Below, one piece after another: positions 11,462 to 21,949 of a stretch of 64,000 nt of DNA. Made by a program: the position numbers and the translations under genes. The notes under the pieces were generated by a model, which was not told where the DNA came from, ran no database searches, and saw only the letters and a program-made list of their open reading frames with translations. Every line of letters begins with the position of its first letter. Positions within the stretch are counted from its first letter, which is position 1. The stretch is from an uncultured Chloroflexia bacterium (GTDB lineage: Bacteria > Chloroflexota > Anaerolineae > JAAYZQ01): contig CAVOXA010000014.1 in NCBI GenBank assembly GCA_963700285.1, positions 160,001-224,000 of the forward strand, read 5' to 3'.

Positions 11462-14400
11462 TCAGTGCGGCTCGATGACCATGTCTTTCCAGAAGAACGC
11501 GCCCGACGCCGACCTGGGGCTGCTCCGGACCCATGGCTTGACCAGCATATGCACCCTCGGGTAGGAGAGGGGTAGGAGGGGCACCTGCTCGACCAGGACA
11601 AGTTCTGCTTGAGCGTACAGCGCCATCCGCTCTGCCAGGTCCATGGCACGCCGTGCCCGCTCGATGAGGGCAAAGTACTGCTCTTCGCGCCAGGCCGTGG
11701 CGCGCTGCACCGCCACGCGGAGGTAAGTATCCGGATCCGGGTAGTCAGGCCCCCAGGCCACCAGAGTCAGGTGAGGTGGAGCGTTGCGGACCCGGTTGAT
11801 GAACTCGGCCCACGGTAGGACCTGGTAGCCGATCTCTACCCCCAAGATCTCATGCCACTGCGCCTGCAGGTGCGGGGCCTGGGCCCGGAACCCAAGAGGT
11901 GCCAGCAACTCCACCTCAGGGAAACCCCTGCCGCCAGAATATCCGGCCTCTGCCAGGAGTTGCCGGCCACGCTCTGGGACGTACGGCAGGGCGATACCCG
12001 CCGAGTGTCCCGGCATGCCAGGCGGCACAAGCCCGCCGGTAGCCGGCTGGTAGTAGCCGGCGGAGGTGACGTCGACCAGTCCCTCCCGGTCCAGTGCATA
12101 GGCAAAGGCCAGCCGCACCCGGAGGTCGTCAAAGGGCGTGCGTGTCAGATCAAAGGCCAGGTAGCGGGTTAGCACCCCGGGTTGCGTTATGTAGTCCCCT
12201 GCCAACCTCCGCCGTACCCGATCCGCCTCTTTCGGGTCGTCAACATCCAGCCCGATGATATCCAGAAGATCGGCCTCGTACATCTCGAGAATAGAACGCC
12301 AATCCCCTAGGAGACCCAGCGGCAGCTCCACTCGTTGGACGTTGCCGCCGAACCGCCCGTGGTACCGCAGGTTGCGCACAAGTACCAAGGAGTTGCCCCG
12401 CTGCCATGAATCCAGTCTAAGGGGCCCATTGGTGAGGATGTTCTCGGGCTCCGACCAGGCTGAGCCCAGTCGCTCAACGAGGTGGCGAGGAACCGGATAC
12501 AGGGCGCTGTAGCTCAGCAGTGGCAGAAGGTATCCCGTCGGCGCCTCAAGCTCCACGGCGAGTGTGACGTCGTCAATGGCCATCACACCCAGGCCATCCG
12601 ACTTGGAGACGTGTCTATTGTGGTATGCCTTGGCCCCCTTTATGTCGTATAGCAGGCTGGCATTTCGGGATTCACTCGCAGGAGCCAGCACGCGCTTCCA
12701 GGCGTAGACAAAGTCATGGGCTGTCACCGGCACCCCGTCACTCCAATAGGCATCAGCCCGCAGGCGAAAAACAACCCTGCGCCCATCCCGGGAGACCTCC
12801 CAGCTTGCAGCCACGTCAGGCACAACGCCACCGTCATAGGTGAAATCCACCAGCCCACTGAATAGTTGTTCAACGAGATCGAGGGAACCCTCGTCAGTCG
12901 CGAATGCTGGGTCCAGGGTCAGCGGGTCAACGCCTGGCTCCCTGAGGGCATGGGGTGCAGGCGGCAGCGAAGCGGCAGTGGCGGCCTCTTCCGCACGGCG
13001 CCAGAAGGCAAAGCCCTCGTCATAGGCCAGGCGGGCCTGCTGGAAGTCAAAGGCCGCATCGTGCGTCAGCCCCAACCGCATCAATGTGCGCGCCGCTTGC
13101 TCATCCTCTCCTGCCTCTTTCAGGGACACCAGCGCCCGCTGGTAATAGTCCGTCGCCTCCTGGAGGGCATAGGCAAGCCTCGCCCGATCCCCTGCCCGCA
13201 ACAGGTACTCTGTCGCCTTCTCGACGTCACCGGCTCGCTCCCAGTGGTAGGCCAGCAAGCCCACCTGCTCCTCCACCCGCACGTGGAACAGTCGCTCTAG
13301 CGCCTCGGCCACCTGCCGGTGGAAGACACGCCGGTCTTTTATCAATAGTCCGTTGTAAGCTGCCTCCTGGGTCAGCTGGTGCTTAAAGATGTACTCCAGA
13401 TCCGGCAGCCGCGCTCTCTCACGTATCATCTCTTCCCGCTGCAGCGTCTGCAGCTCAGCGTGCAAATCGCGTTCCTCATGGGCGAGCTGCGTCAGCACCC
13501 GGCACAGAAAGAGCCGCCCGATGACCGCCGCCATCTGCAACACCCGCTTCGTCTCCTCCTCCAGCCGGTCGATGCGGGCCGCCAACACCCCCTGCAAGGT
13601 GTCTGGGATTGCGATCTCGCTCACCTCCCGCGCCGCCAGCCAGCGACCTGTCCCTACCTCTTGCTCGATGGCTCCCTCATCGATCAAGGAGCGCAGTACC
13701 TCCTCCAGGAAGAAGGGGTTGCCCTCGGCCCGGTCCAGGATTCTCTCCTTAAGCTCAGGGGGCAGGCATTCCATCCACAGCAGGTTTCCCACCAACCGCC
13801 CACTCTCAGCCTCGGACAGGGGATCAAGCCACAGATCGGTGTGCCGCTGTCCGTGGTCCCGGGCAGCCGTTTGCCTCAACTGCCAGGACTTGTGCGACCG
13901 CTCCGGGCGGAATACGCAGACGATCAACAGCGCGTGCCCTTCGGTGACGGCCAGCAGCTTTTCCAGCAACTCTATCGACGTCGGGTCCGCCCAATGCAGG
14001 TCCTCCACGACAAGCACCAGGGACCTTTCCCTGGCCGCAGATGCAACCAGCGTCTCCACAGCGCGGAACGTGGCAGACTTGAGCTCCCGGCCATCCAAGT
14101 GGCTCAGCCTGGCCTCCGACTCTTTTTCCAGTGGTAGGGACATCAGCGCGGCCAGGAAAGGGTAGACCTCATCAGACTGCTCAGGGTACAGGGCCTGGAC
14201 GCGTCCTCGCAGGGCATCCCCGACATCCACAGGACCGTCCCCCACGCGCACTCCCAGCAGCCCTCGCAGCAGATCGAGCCAGACAAGATAGGCCACGGAG
14301 CCACCGTAGGACAGACAGCGGCCCTCGACCCATTGGACCCAGCCTTGTGAAGGCTCCTTCGCAAGGCTTTGCTTGCGCAGCTCCGCCACCAGCCGTGACT

Positions 14401-15405
14401 TGCCGATCCCGGCTTCGCCTACGAGGGTCGCGATGCCGCCCGCCCCGGTCTGCAGGCGGTCCAGCGCCTCGGTCAGGGCAGCCAACTCTTCTACCCTACC
14501 CACCAGCGGAGAATCCAGCCCGGCGATGCCACGCAGCTTGCCGGGGGCATCCTCTGGCGCCAGCACCCGGTAGACGTCGACTCGCTCCATCCGGCCCTTG
14601 ACCTCAATTGGCCCTAGGGCCTCCGTCTCAAATAGAGGCGCGACCAGTTTGTGGGTGGCCTCACTGATCAGCACCGTGCCTGGCTCCGCCGCCGACTCTA
14701 TCCGCGCCGCCAGGTTCACCGCGTCGCCCATGGCCGTGTACTCGACCCGCAGGTCCGAGCCCACCTCGCCCACGACGACCAAGCCGGTGTTGATCCCCAC
14801 CCGCACGTTGAACCCCTGGACCCCTCGCTCTCGCGCCAGACGCGTTGCATAGTCTTGAGCACCCGCGATTATGTCCAGGGCAGCGCGACAGGCCCGCTCC
14901 GCATCGTCCTCGTGGGCAATCGGCGCGCCAAAGAAGGCCAGGATGGCGTCGCCCATCAGCCGGGCCAGCGTGCCCTCGTAACGGGTTACGGGCTCGATGA
15001 GGACGTCAAAGGCCCCGTCCATGATCTCCATCACGTCTTCCGGATCGAGTTCTTCGGCCATGGCCGTCGAACCCTTGACGTCACAGAAGAGGATGGTTAC
15101 CGTGCGCCGCTCACGGCCCACCTGGCCCCGCGAAGCCAGCAACCGCTCGGCGTACTCTTTGGGCACCAAGCCGTCTCAGGAGGCGGCCGCCGTTGGCCTC
15201 AGGCGCAGGCCGCGGTTCGCAGCCAGGGCTGCGCCAGTACCTAGGGCGGATGGGCAGCACGGTTCGCGCCGCAGTCAAGACAAAACCTGGCCTGGAGGGG
15301 CAGCTCAGTGCCGCACTGGGCGCAGATCAGACCAGCCTGGACCCGCACTTCAGGCAGAACTTGGCGCGTTCGGGATTTTCGGTGGTCGCAGCTCGCACAC
15401 TGCAT
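11462..15405 (-). CDS. Double Zn-ribbon / class III nucleotidyl cyclase / STAND ATPase / TPR / family-5 solute-binding domain fusion, copy 2
   Basis: The uninterrupted 1235-aa ORF runs from FCDVKGST, RLMGD, VNLAAR through GEAGIGKS, VEDLHWAD, GNPFF and TPRs to LTLDPAF..LFSGL, TNGPL, PFDDLRVRLAFA. The Zn-ribbon N-terminus (MQCASC..FCLKCG..CAQCG..FCLDCG) lies at 15170-15405 with frameshifts. Confidence 0.9.
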
Positions 15406-15558
15406 CTCAACCCTCCGATCTGCGTAGCGGTTTGTGCGAGATTATCGGTACAAAGACATCTCGCCTTTCGCGCCAGTCTTCGCCACGATAAGCGTGTGAC
15501 GGTAGCGACAGAGGCCAGGTGTCCCTGGTTCTGGCCCAGAGCGAAGAACCCCTACTCG

Positions 15559-15587
15559 ATTATAGAACAGATGAACAGATTTGTCAA
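15559..15587 (-). promoter_or_regulatory. Consensus sigma70 promoter heading the cyclase-Opp cluster
   Basis: Minus strand reads TTGACA-17 bp-TATAAT about 150 bp upstream of the copy-2 start. Confidence 0.8.
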
Positions 15588-15923
15588 CTATTGCCTGCAG
15601 GCCACGTACCTTACGTACAGTTGTGGGCACCTCATCAGCGCAGGACCTGCTCGGTCCTGGCATCCGGCGCCATCCTCTCTCCTGGTCCATCGCCCGCCTG
15701 GCCTGCTGGCAAGGGCAATGATAGGCTCGTGGCGCCACGGTGGTTCCAGGTCCTGTCTGTCAAGTACCACAGACAGGCCGGAAATAGCCAGCGCCCGTTC
15801 GGCGCCGGGGACAGGCCAGGCCAAGCCGTCTCCAGTTGGATGTGGCACAGTTCGCCCTTATGTGGTAGAATACCTAGGCGGTGCCCAAACCGCGAGACTG
15901 TCAGACTAGGAGGAGGTCAATTG

Positions 15924-16493
15924 ATGCTACGGGATCTGGTACTGAAGAACAGAAGCTACCGCCGCTTCCACCAGGAGGTCGCCATCGACACAGAGACGCT
16001 GAGGGATCTCGTGGATCTGGCCCGACTCTCCGGCTCCGGCAGCAACCAGCAAGCCCTCAAGTTCATGCTGGTCAACGACCCGCAGACCTGCGCCGTGGTG
16101 TTTCCCCGCCTGGGCTGGGCAGGGTTCATCAAGGACTGGCCCGGCCCGGGCGAGGGGGAGCGGCCCTCGGCCTACATCATCATCCTGGGCGATACCGAGA
16201 TCAGCAACTCCTTCGGCGTCGATTGGGGCATCGCTGCGCAGAGCATCATGCTTGGCGCCGCGGAGAAGGGCTGGGGCGGCTGCATGATCGGATCCGTCAG
16301 CCGGAAAAACCTCCGAGATGCGCTGGACATCTCGGAGCGTTTCAAGATCCTGCTGGTCCTGGCCCTGGGCAAGCCCGCGGAGAAGGTCGTCATCGACCCA
16401 GTCGGATCAGATGGCAGCATCAAGTACTGGCGCGACAGCGACAGCGTGCACCACGTTCCAAAACGGTCTCTGGACGAGCTGATCGTCGGCTAG
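15924..16493 (+). CDS. Nitroreductase family protein
   Basis: NRSYRRF, ARLSGSGSNQQ, DWGIAAQSIMLGAAEKGWGGC, VPKRSL. AGGAGG RBS. Confidence 0.92.
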   Translation: MLRDLVLKNRSYRRFHQEVAIDTETLRDLVDLARLSGSGSNQQALKFMLVNDPQTCAVVFPRLGWAGFIKDWPGPGEGERPSAYIIILGDTEISNSFGVDWGIAAQSIMLGAAEKGWGGCMIGSVSRKNLRDALDISERFKILLVLALGKPAEKVVIDPVGSDGSIKYWRDSDSVHHVPKRSLDELIVG

Positions 16494-16542
16494 CCCTCAA
16501 GCGTGGCCGCGGCCCATATCCTGCGACAATGGAGGAGGCAGC

Positions 16543-17034
16543 ATGGCGATCGAGATCCGCCCGGCAACCCCCCAGGACTATGATGACTTGTGCGCGCTCC
16601 TTGACCAGGTGGATGCCCTGCACCGCGACAACCTGAGTCACCTCTACCAGAAGCCACGCGGGCCAGCCCGAGGCAAAGACTATGTCCTGAGCCTGCTCGC
16701 AGACGAGGATGTGTGCCTGTTCGTGGGCGAGGCTGCCGGCGTCGTCGTCGGCTTTGTGCATGTTCAGGTGTGCGAGTCGCCGCCCATACCAATCTTTGTC
16801 CCACGACGATACGCGGTCGTGGACAACCTGGTGGTAGACCGGCACTTCCAACGACGCGGCCTGGGCCGGGCGCTCATGGAACAGGCGCATCGGTGGGCCG
16901 CAGATCAAGGCGCCACCGCAGTCGAGTTAACCGTCTACGATTTCAACGAAACGGCCCGCGCCTTCTACAAGAGCCTTGGCTACGTCGTCCAAAGCTCCCA
17001 GATGTACAGGCCTCTCAAGCAGGACTTGCCCTGA
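16543..17034 (+). CDS. GNAT family N-acetyltransferase
   Basis: IRPAT..D start, LVVDRHFQRRGLGRALM (motif A), N..ARAFYKSLGY (motif B). Confidence 0.92.
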   Translation: MAIEIRPATPQDYDDLCALLDQVDALHRDNLSHLYQKPRGPARGKDYVLSLLADEDVCLFVGEAAGVVVGFVHVQVCESPPIPIFVPRRYAVVDNLVVDRHFQRRGLGRALMEQAHRWAADQGATAVELTVYDFNETARAFYKSLGYVVQSSQMYRPLKQDLP

Positions 17035-17066
17035 TCGCGGCAGACCCCACAGGAAGCGGTGGCAGC

Positions 17067-17765
17067 ATGGCGCTACGGTTTGCGTTCTTGGTTCTGCAAG
17101 AGCACCCTTATGGGCGCGAGATGTTGCGCATCCTCCTGGACCAGGGCTTTGTGCCGGGGCTCGTCATCGAAGAGGTCTCGGCCGTTGCCGACGAGGAGCG
17201 GGCCAAGTTCCTGACCCGCATCGCCGGCCAGCCGGTGCCACCGGCCACGGCCGAACTCGTCGCCGCTTCGGACATCCCCCGCCGGGAGGTGGCCAATCAC
17301 AACGAATTCGCCTGTCGCCAGTACCTGGAGGCATTCCGCCCCGACCTCACCGTGCTGGGCGGTACGCGCATCCTGCGCCCCGACATCCTGGCCATCCCGC
17401 GCCTGGGCACGGTCAACGCCCACCCGGGGCTGCTGCCCTGGCTCCGGGGCTCCTCGTCGGTGGCCTGGGCGCTGTACAAAGATCTGCCGCTCGGTTCGAC
17501 CACGCACCTGTTGGACGCGAGCATCGATACCGGCCCCATCATCCTGCGGCGGCGGTTGGCGGTCCGCCACGGGGACACCTACGAGCAGCTCGTCCGCCGC
17601 ATGCTCACGCTCTCTGGCGAACTGATGGCCGATACGCTGGCACTGTTCCAGGCAGAAGGCGGTGGAAACACTCGGCCAGGACCCGAACGCCGGCGAAACC
17701 CTGCGCGTAATCCCAGCCGATCTGCTGGAAGAGGCCAAGGCCAAGCTGGCTCGGGGACACTATAG
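17067..17765 (+). CDS. Formyltransferase (Fmt/PurN-like N-terminal domain) family protein
   Basis: VNAHPGLLPWLRG and HLLDASIDTGPI motifs. Probable frameshift near the 3' end. Confidence 0.82.
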   Translation: MALRFAFLVLQEHPYGREMLRILLDQGFVPGLVIEEVSAVADEERAKFLTRIAGQPVPPATAELVAASDIPRREVANHNEFACRQYLEAFRPDLTVLGGTRILRPDILAIPRLGTVNAHPGLLPWLRGSSSVAWALYKDLPLGSTTHLLDASIDTGPIILRRRLAVRHGDTYEQLVRRMLTLSGELMADTLALFQAEGGGNTRPGPERRRNPARNPSRSAGRGQGQAGSGTL

Positions 17766-17791
17766 TCACTTTGTCGACGCAGGAGGAACGA

Positions 17792-19069
17792 ATGATTGAA
17801 CCAAGCTTTGAGTCAGGCCTGACCGCCGCCCTGGAAATGGACCGGCAGGACAACCTGGCGTCCTTCCGCGATGCTTTTGTCATAGACCAGCCGGACCTCG
17901 TCTACCTGGACGGCAATTCTCTGGGCCGCCTGCCCCACAAGGCGGCCGAGCGGATGCAAACAGCCGTCGAGGACGAGTGGGGCCGCGACCTGATCCGGAG
18001 TTGGAACGCCAATTGGTTCAGCGCCCCGGCCCGGGTGGGCGACAAGATCGCCCGCCTGGTAGGCGCCGGCCCGGGGCAGGTCGTGGTCAGCGATTCCACC
18101 TCGGTCAACCTCTTCAAGCTGGTCATGGCCGCGCTGGCCATGCGGCCCGACAGGCTGGGCATCGTCAGCGACGTACTAAACTTTCCCTCCGATCTCTACA
18201 TCCTTCAGGGCTGCAGCCAATTGCTGGGCAATCGCCACCAGATCCAACTGGTTCCCTCGGCCGACGGGATCGAGCCCGACCTCCAGGAACTCTGGCAGAC
18301 CATCGACGAACAGACGGCACTGGTGACCCTGTCCCACGTGTGCTTCAAGAGCGGCTACCTCTATGACGCATTGGCGGTGACCGAGCGCGCGCACGAGGCC
18401 GGCGCCCTGGTCCTCTGGGACCTGAGCCATTCCGTGGGGGCCGCGCCTGTAGACCTGGATCGCTGCGGTGTGGATCTGGCAATCGGCTGCACCTACAAGT
18501 ACCTCAACGGCGGGCCCGGGTCGCCGGCCTTTCTGTACGTCAGCCACGACCTGCAGGAAGCCGCCTCATCGCCCATCTGGGGCTGGCACGGCCAGCGGTC
18601 GCCCTTTGCCTTCAACCTGGGCTATGAGCCCCTGGAGGGCGTGGGCCGCTTTCTGACCGGCACACCACCGGTCCTCTCCCTCCTGGCCATGGAGGCCGCC
18701 CTCGACCTGACCCTGGAGGCCGGCATGGACCGCATCCACACCAAGTCGGTCAAGCTCACTTCCTACCTGATCCACCTGGTGGACGCTGTGCTTGCCCCCC
18801 TGGGCTTCACGCTGGGCACGCCACGCGACCCCGGCCACCGCGGCTCCCACGTCAGCATCCGCCATCCGGAGGGCTACCGCATCAACCGGGCGCTCATCGA
18901 AGAGATGCAGGTTCTGCCCGATTTTCGAGAGCCGGACAACATCAGGCTGGGATTGGCACCCCTCTACACCTCCTTTGCCGAGGTCTGGCAGGCCGTGGAT
19001 CGCATCCGATTGACCATAGAGGAAAAGCGCTACGAACGCTATTCGACAGCGAGACAGACCGTGACCTAG
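17792..19069 (+). CDS. kynU: Kynureninase
   Basis: YLDGNSLG, DSTSVNLFK, NFPSDLY, WDLSHSVGA, GCTYKYLNGGPG (PLP lysine), RGSHVS, DFREPDNIRLG. Confidence 0.95.
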   Translation: MIEPSFESGLTAALEMDRQDNLASFRDAFVIDQPDLVYLDGNSLGRLPHKAAERMQTAVEDEWGRDLIRSWNANWFSAPARVGDKIARLVGAGPGQVVVSDSTSVNLFKLVMAALAMRPDRLGIVSDVLNFPSDLYILQGCSQLLGNRHQIQLVPSADGIEPDLQELWQTIDEQTALVTLSHVCFKSGYLYDALAVTERAHEAGALVLWDLSHSVGAAPVDLDRCGVDLAIGCTYKYLNGGPGSPAFLYVSHDLQEAASSPIWGWHGQRSPFAFNLGYEPLEGVGRFLTGTPPVLSLLAMEAALDLTLEAGMDRIHTKSVKLTSYLIHLVDAVLAPLGFTLGTPRDPGHRGSHVSIRHPEGYRINRALIEEMQVLPDFREPDNIRLGLAPLYTSFAEVWQAVDRIRLTIEEKRYERYSTARQTVT

Positions 19070-19094
19070 ATGCGCGATTCGGATCTGCGCCATC

Positions 19095-19194
19095 CAGACC
19101 TCGGAGGTTTCTCACGCCCTTCCACAAGTCGAGTCGGAAGAACATTGGCCCGATCCTCGACTGTTTGGATACCCGGCAAAACCTCCGAGGTCTG
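19095..19194. repeat. REP/MITE-like element with perfect 16-bp inverted ends
   Basis: CAGACCTCGGAGGTTT (19095-19110) and AAACCTCCGAGGTCTG (19179-19194). Related palindromes occur at 26976, 51422 and 63196. Confidence 0.75.
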
Positions 19195-19217
19195 TTCTCG
19201 ATAAGGAAGGACACTCG

Positions 19218-20898
19218 ATGGCTAATACCCCATTCGCAGAACTTGCCCAACTTGGCGAAGAACTGGAGGCGACAACCAAACGCCTCGAGATGTCGACGCT
19301 GCTTGCTGGCTTTCTGAGACAGCTCGCCCCAGAGGAGATCCCCCCAGCGGTGCGCCTGACCATCGGCCAGGTCTTTCCGGAATGGGACGGCCGGGCGCTG
19401 AATGTGAGCTGGAAAGTCGTCATCGCCGTCGTGGACAACCTGACCGATGCGGCCCCCCAGGTCCGGGAGGAGATCTGGGGCCAGGCGGCAGATGGGGGTG
19501 AGGCCGTGCGCCTCTTGCTCGAGCGCGCCCGCATACAGCCTCCTGAGGCGCCGCCGCTGACGATTTTGGGTGTGTACGGCACCTTCGAAGAGATCGCCGC
19601 GACGGCGGGCAGGGGCTCCCGGGCGCGCCGGGAGGCGCTCTTGCGCAGGGCTGCTGGTCCGGGCCACCCCCGTGGAGGCCAAGTACTTGGCCAAGATCAT
19701 CTACCAGGACATGCGCCACGGCGTCAGTGAAGGCATCATGCTCGACGGCATCGCCAGGGCGGCCGGGGTCAAGGCCCCGCTCGTGCGCCGCGCCAACCAG
19801 TTGTGGGGCGACCTGGGTGAGGTGGCGCTTGTAGCCTTGACGGAAGGAGAAGCGGGCCTGATCAGAGCCAGCCTGCGCCTTTTCCGCCCCATCAAGCCCA
19901 TGCTGGCCCATACCGCCGGCAGCCTCGATGAAGCAATGGAGCGACACGGTGGCGGGTTGGCCCTGGAGTACAAACTCGACGGAGCGCGGGTCCAGATCCA
20001 CCGCCGGGGTGACCAGGTACGCATCTACTCGCGCAATCTGGCGGACGTCACAGCCAGCCTGCCGGACGTCGCCGCTGAGGTCCAGAAAAAGCTGGGGGCA
20101 GAGGAGGCCATCCTGGAAGGCGAAGCGCTAGCCGTGGACCATCAGGGGCACCCGCTGCCCTTCCAGCATCTCATGCGCCGCTTCCGCCGCACACGCGATG
20201 TGGCGGCGACGGTCGCCCAGATACCCGTCCATCTCCACCTTTTTGACGTGCTGTACGTAGATGGCCGGTCGCTGGTGGATGAAAGCAACGAGGCTCGATG
20301 GGCGGAACTGGAATCCGCTGCCGGCGGACTCGACCTGGTGCGCCGTATCCTGCCGGGTACCATGGAGGAAGGTAAGGCGTTCACCGACGAGGCTTACCGC
20401 GACGGCCACGAAGGGGTGATGGCCAAATCCCTGGACAGCACCTACAGTCCCGGTGTGCGGGGCAAGTCCTGGCTCAAGCTCAAACACGTCGTCAGCCTGG
20501 ATCTGGTCATCGTCGCCGCCGACTGGGGCTATGGGCGGCGGCGAGGTTGGCTATCCAACTACCACCTGGCAGCCCGCGATGCCGAAAGCGGCGAATTCCT
20601 GGTCGTGGGCAAGACCTACAAAGGGCTGACCGACGTGGAATTCCAGGTCATGACCACACGCCTTCTTGCCCTGGAACAGGGGAGACGCGACGGTACCGTC
20701 TTTGTCCAACCCAGGGTCGTCGTCGAGGTTCTGTTCAACGAGATCCAGGAGAGCAACCGGTACCGGTCGGGCCTGGCGCTCCGCTTCGCCCGTATCGCCG
20801 GCCTCCGCGAGGACAAAACGCCGGCCGAGGCCGACACGATTCAGACGCTGCGCCAGCTCTACGACCAGCAGTTCCAATACAAAGGGCGATTGCCCTGA
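19218..20898 (+). CDS. lig: ATP-dependent DNA ligase (LigB/archaeal-like), frameshift near 19650
   Basis: N-terminal DNA-binding domain, then KPMLA, EYKLDGARVQ (motif I), EGE, FDVLY, EGVMAK, WLKLK, ALRFARI..REDK. Confidence 0.93.
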
Positions 20899-20967
20899 TT
20901 TCGCAAGAGCCCAACGCCCACGCTTGGTTGAGGGACGCAAGGGCCTGAGCTGAAATCGTAACAGACC

Positions 20968-21906
20968 ATGGACAAACCAGCAGGAGAGACAGAGGGTCTG
21001 GAACAGCCAGTATCCAGCCGGCGACGGGCGCAGTTGATCGGCGTCGTCCTGGCCAACGTGGCCACCCTTACCTGGGCCACCAACATGACGCTGGGCCGCT
21101 GGCTGCGCGACGACATTGGGCCGCTGACCCTGGCCGCGTCCCGGTTCTGTATCGCCTCTGTTCTCTTTGCCATCCTCCTCCAGGGACGGCCGGCCGAGGA
21201 GCGCAAGTTGGGTCCGGATCGCTGGTGGCTGCTGGCCATGGGTCTCACCGGCGTCGTCTTTTTCGCGCCCGCCCTGTACCTGGGCTTGCGTTTCACCACC
21301 ACCGTCAATGCCACCCTGATCAACGGGCTGGGCCCGCTCATTACCGGGCTGCTGGCCGCCCTGCTCATCCAGGAACCCATGACGCGCCGCCAGGTCGGCG
21401 GCGCTTTCGTCGGACTGGCCGGCGTGTTGGTCTTGATCTCCGGAGGTTCGCTGCTGCTCTGGCGATCGATGGCCATCAATGCCGGCGATCTCATCATGGT
21501 CGGGGCGGTCGCGCTGTGGTCGCTTTATTCGGTCCTGGTCCGGCGCGTCATGCGGCAGAGATCGGCCCTGTCGGCTACGGCGCTCTCGACCTTTATGGCC
21601 CTACCCCTGCTGTTGATGGCCGCCACATGGGAGATCTACCACCTGGGGGTGAGGCTCAGCCCCCAGCTCGCTGTGGCCATCCTGTACATCGGCATCGCGC
21701 CGACCGTGGTTGGCTTCCTGTCCTGGAACGAAGCCATCCGCCGCCTGGGCTCCAGCGGCGCGATGGTCTTTTACAATACCCTGCCCCTTTACGGGGCGCT
21801 GCTGGGCATCATGCTCCTGGGCGAGACCGTCAGTTGGAGCTACCTGGTGGGTGGCGTTCTGATCATCGGCGGCGGGCTGTACGCAGCGCGGGGGCAACAG
21901 AAGTGA
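20968..21906 (+). CDS. DMT/EamA family transporter
   Basis: About 10 hydrophobic segments with two EamA repeats (LAASRF, GLRFTT..NATLI, GDLIM, WNEAIRRLG, LLGE). Confidence 0.92.
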   Translation: MDKPAGETEGLEQPVSSRRRAQLIGVVLANVATLTWATNMTLGRWLRDDIGPLTLAASRFCIASVLFAILLQGRPAEERKLGPDRWWLLAMGLTGVVFFAPALYLGLRFTTTVNATLINGLGPLITGLLAALLIQEPMTRRQVGGAFVGLAGVLVLISGGSLLLWRSMAINAGDLIMVGAVALWSLYSVLVRRVMRQRSALSATALSTFMALPLLLMAATWEIYHLGVRLSPQLAVAILYIGIAPTVVGFLSWNEAIRRLGSSGAMVFYNTLPLYGALLGIMLLGETVSWSYLVGGVLIIGGGLYAARGQQK

Positions 21907-21949
21907 CAGCCTGGTCGGCGGCAAGGACCCAGGGTACGCGTTGTTCTAC

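Noticed and set aside
2817-15405. Pycsar/CBASS/Avs anti-phage system
   Set aside because: There is no cNMP-binding effector or CD-NTase, and the context is transport/signalling, with the sensor domain being an SBP.
1178-20898. Calling the frameshifted genes (DUF427, DUF1295, fusion 1, oppA/oppB, ligase) pseudogenes
   Set aside because: Motifs continue intact across single-base indels in many unrelated genes, a pattern typical of long-read consensus error.
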